Source of the DNA: Chiloscyllium plagiosum | Lineage: Eukaryota | Assembly: GCF_004010195.1 (NCBI RefSeq) | Contig: NC_057718.1 | Location: 69,018,607-69,057,198 of the forward strand | Length of the DNA: 38,592 nt | Direction of reading: 5' to 3' | In this document: piece after piece, positions 36,042-38,592 of the stretch | How the letters are laid out: each line of letters starts with the position of its first letter | How positions within the stretch are numbered: the stretch's first letter is position 1 | Position numbers and translations under genes: made by a program | The notes under the pieces: model-generated | Databases searched by the model: none | Told to the model about the DNA's origin: nothing | Seen by the model: the letters and a program-made list of their open reading frames with translations, nothing else

Positions 36042-38500
36042 TACCTCCTCCCTCCTGAAGAAAAAATGAACTAGCATAATGAAAAGATGGCTTCATTTTT
36101 TTTTCTTTTTCTTTAAACACACTACCCCAACATACAGATAGCTTTAATATAAGTTCACCTTAACTTCTTCCCATATACATATATATATAAAACATTAAAT
36201 AAATACAAATCTCATCTAAACTCTATCAGTAAATCTGGGATAATGCATCTGCAATTACATTCTTATCATCACAACATGTATGATTTATAAATTAAAAGCC
36301 TGTAACATAAGACCTCAACAAAATAGTCTCATATTCTTGTCTTTAAAGCATCCTAAAAATGTAAGAGGATTGTGGTTCATATACACAACCATCTCTGACA
36401 CATTGTTCGTGACATACACATTAAAATATTGTAAGGCCAGTACCAAATTCAGTAGTTCTTTATCGATCGTGGAGTATTTCCTCTGGTGGATGTTAATTTT
36501 CTTCAAAATGTAACCAAGTGACAGTTCAATCCCATCCTCAACTTCCTGGAGGTGCACAACTCTAACTCCAATGTCACTAGCATCGATGGTGACTTTAAAA
36601 GGTTTTGAAAAGTTTGGCGTAGGTAAAACTGGTTTGGTGGTTAATATTGCTTCCAAATGGTCGGATGCATCCTGGCATTGTTCTGTCCATTGAAACTTTG
36701 TGTTCTTCTTCAACCAATCGGTTAACGGTGCCACTCTGATAGCATCTGCTGAGTCCTAAGAATCGAAGCACCTCTTTCTTCGAGGTTGGTCATGGAACTT
36801 CCTCGATGGCCTTGTCTTTGCGTTCTGTGGGGTCAACCTTCCATGACCGATTTATGTCCCAAGAATGTCACCTCTGCTTTCGCAAATTCAGTTTTATTTA
36901 AGATTATCACCAGTTTTGCTTCTCATAGTCATTCAAAGAGCTCTGCCAACTGTACATTGTGGTCTTTCCAGGACTTACTAAAGATCACTACACCGTTCAA
37001 ATAGACTTTGAATCTTTGGAATGTGACAGGTGCAGTCTTCATTCCAAAGGCAATCACTTTAAACTGATAAAGCCCATTTGAGGTTATAAACGCAGAAATT
37101 TCTTTTGCCATCTCTGATAAAGGTACCTACCAGTAACCATGCATTAAGTCCAACTTGTTGATGTAACTGGCTTGTCCAACTTTCTCATTACAGTCCTCCA
37201 ATCTAGGAATTGGATGTGAATCTGATTTTGTAATGGCGTTGAACTTCTGATAATCCACACAGAATCATTGAGTCCCGTCTGGTTTGGGAACGAAGACAAT
37301 TGGCAAACTCGCTCTGGCTTGGTTCGATTATGTCCTTGTTGAGCATGGCCTCCATCTCCATCTGGACCTGTCTGGCTTTGAAAGGATTAAGCCAATAGGG
37401 ATGTTGTTTTATCAGAGCAGTATTCCCTACGTCTGCGTCATGTACAATAGCATTAGTCCTCCCCATCTGATTCTTACACATTTCCTTGTACTGCAGTAAC
37501 AAATCTTTCAATTGTATTCTATGCTCCTGAGACAGATAGCTTACTAACCTAACTCACTCCTCAAGAACCTCTTCATTTTCAAATCTATTTTGAGGCCTAT
37601 CAAAATCCACATCATCTGAATTTGATTTCTCATTCTGCGGTACAGTAACGAACACCTATTTCTCCAGTTCTTTCTCTCTAGTATAATATGGTTTCAACAT
37701 GTTCACATGACATATTCAATACTGTTTCTTTCTATCTGGCATCTTTACTAGATAGTTCACCTGACTCGACTTTTTCTCAATTTGATAGGGATAACTAAAT
37801 TTGGCTTTGAAGGGATCTCCTATCACTGGTAACAGCAGTAACACTTCATCCCCTCAGGAAAATGTCCGAGTCTCAGAGTTTTTATCTTCCACCTGCTTCA
37901 TTCTATACTGGGCCCTCTTTAGGTGCTGTTTAGCTAACTCATTGACTCTATTTAATCTCTCCCTCACCTCTGATACATAATCAAAGTATGAGATCTCCAA
38001 CTTTGGTCCTGTCAATTTTTCTTTAATTAAATTCAAAGGGCCACTCACTTCATGACAGAATATTAACTTGAAGGGAGTGAACTGAGTAGATTCATTTGGG
38101 GCATTTCTAATGGCAAACAATACAATGGGATACCTTTATCCCAATCATTTGGGTAATCCTGACAGTATGATCTCAACATGGTTTTCAAGGTCTGATGCCA
38201 CCTTTCTAAAGCTCCCTGGGATTCAGGATGAAACGCATTGGAATAGCCTGTTTAACCTCTTCATAATCCCTTGACATCTCATCTGACAATGCTGCAAATT
38301 CCTCACTAGCTCTACCTACCAGTTTAGTCTGAACTAGCATTTCCCATAAATCCTCGGACCACTCCATCTGCCTCACGAGTTTTTCAAATGAAATAAAGAA
38401 GGCTTCAACATCTTTCTCATTGAAATGTGGCAGAGTTTTGACATATTTATATATATCACTACCTTCTCTTTTAATCTACATCTTGTTAACTTGACTTTGC
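35252..38500 (-). mobile_element. Gmr1-type Ty3/Gypsy LTR retrotransposon (decayed, internally deleted, 5' part outside window)
   Basis: Minus-strand order is gag (FF.SFEK..RQMEW...LVQTKLVGRA, ~38240-38500), integrase (HPESQGALERWHQTLKTML, LFAIR, ~37690-38235), RT (IKQHPY, KLDL.HGYW, FGMK.APVTFQR), RNase H (FKVTIDASDIG, YSTIDKELL). Integrase upstream of RT is diagnostic of the Gmr1 group. Confidence 0.9.
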
Positions 38501-38507
38501 TGACTAA

Positions 38508-38592
38508 GTGGAGAAAGTGAGGTCTGCAGATGCTGGAGATCAGAGCTGAAAATGTGTTGCTGGAAAAGCGCAGCAGGTCAGGCAGCATCCAG
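38508..38592 (-). mobile_element. PLE pLTR insertion in the Gmr1 gag (runs off window)
   Basis: Near-identical (reverse) to the PLE copies at 7047-7150 and 23319-23442. Confidence 0.85.

Noticed and set aside
1..38592. CRISPR array or prokaryotic system
   Set aside because: There is no regularly spaced repeat-spacer structure. The recurring short motifs are dispersed retroelements in a vertebrate genome.

Overview
Eukaryotic, transposon-dense vertebrate DNA, very probably from an elasmobranch (shark), judged by abundant HE1-type V-SINEs and their CR1/HER1-type LINE partners. The host gene content is the last three coding exons of synaptojanin-2 (SYNJ2, + strand: 477-579, 2564-2754, 13346-13798), whose splice phases join correctly. 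Most of the rest is mobile DNA: CR1 and L2 LINE fragments, HE1 SINEs (one cluster nested in a CR1), about a dozen short Penelope-like (PLE) insertions carrying minimal hammerhead-ribozyme motifs, a pogo/Tigger-like MITE, and a decayed Gmr1-type Ty3/Gypsy element (35252-38500, - strand). A decayed ~10.6 kb endogenous retrovirus (17676-28253, - strand) has two ~1.4 kb diverged LTRs, a 5-bp TSD, gag with two zinc knuckles, pol, and an env remnant. The most notable points are: (i) the ERV env lacks gamma-type hallmarks and looks organised like an F-type (paramyxovirus-F-like) fusogen; (ii) the PLE-derived ribozyme cassettes, including head-to-head hairpins and captured or inverted flanking DNA; (iii) a SYNJ2 stop codon followed by 51 more open in-frame codons; (iv) a 45-bp exact local templated copy. 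All family assignments come from manual translation and motif recognition, not from searches. Most entries in the ORF track are TE-derived or spurious.
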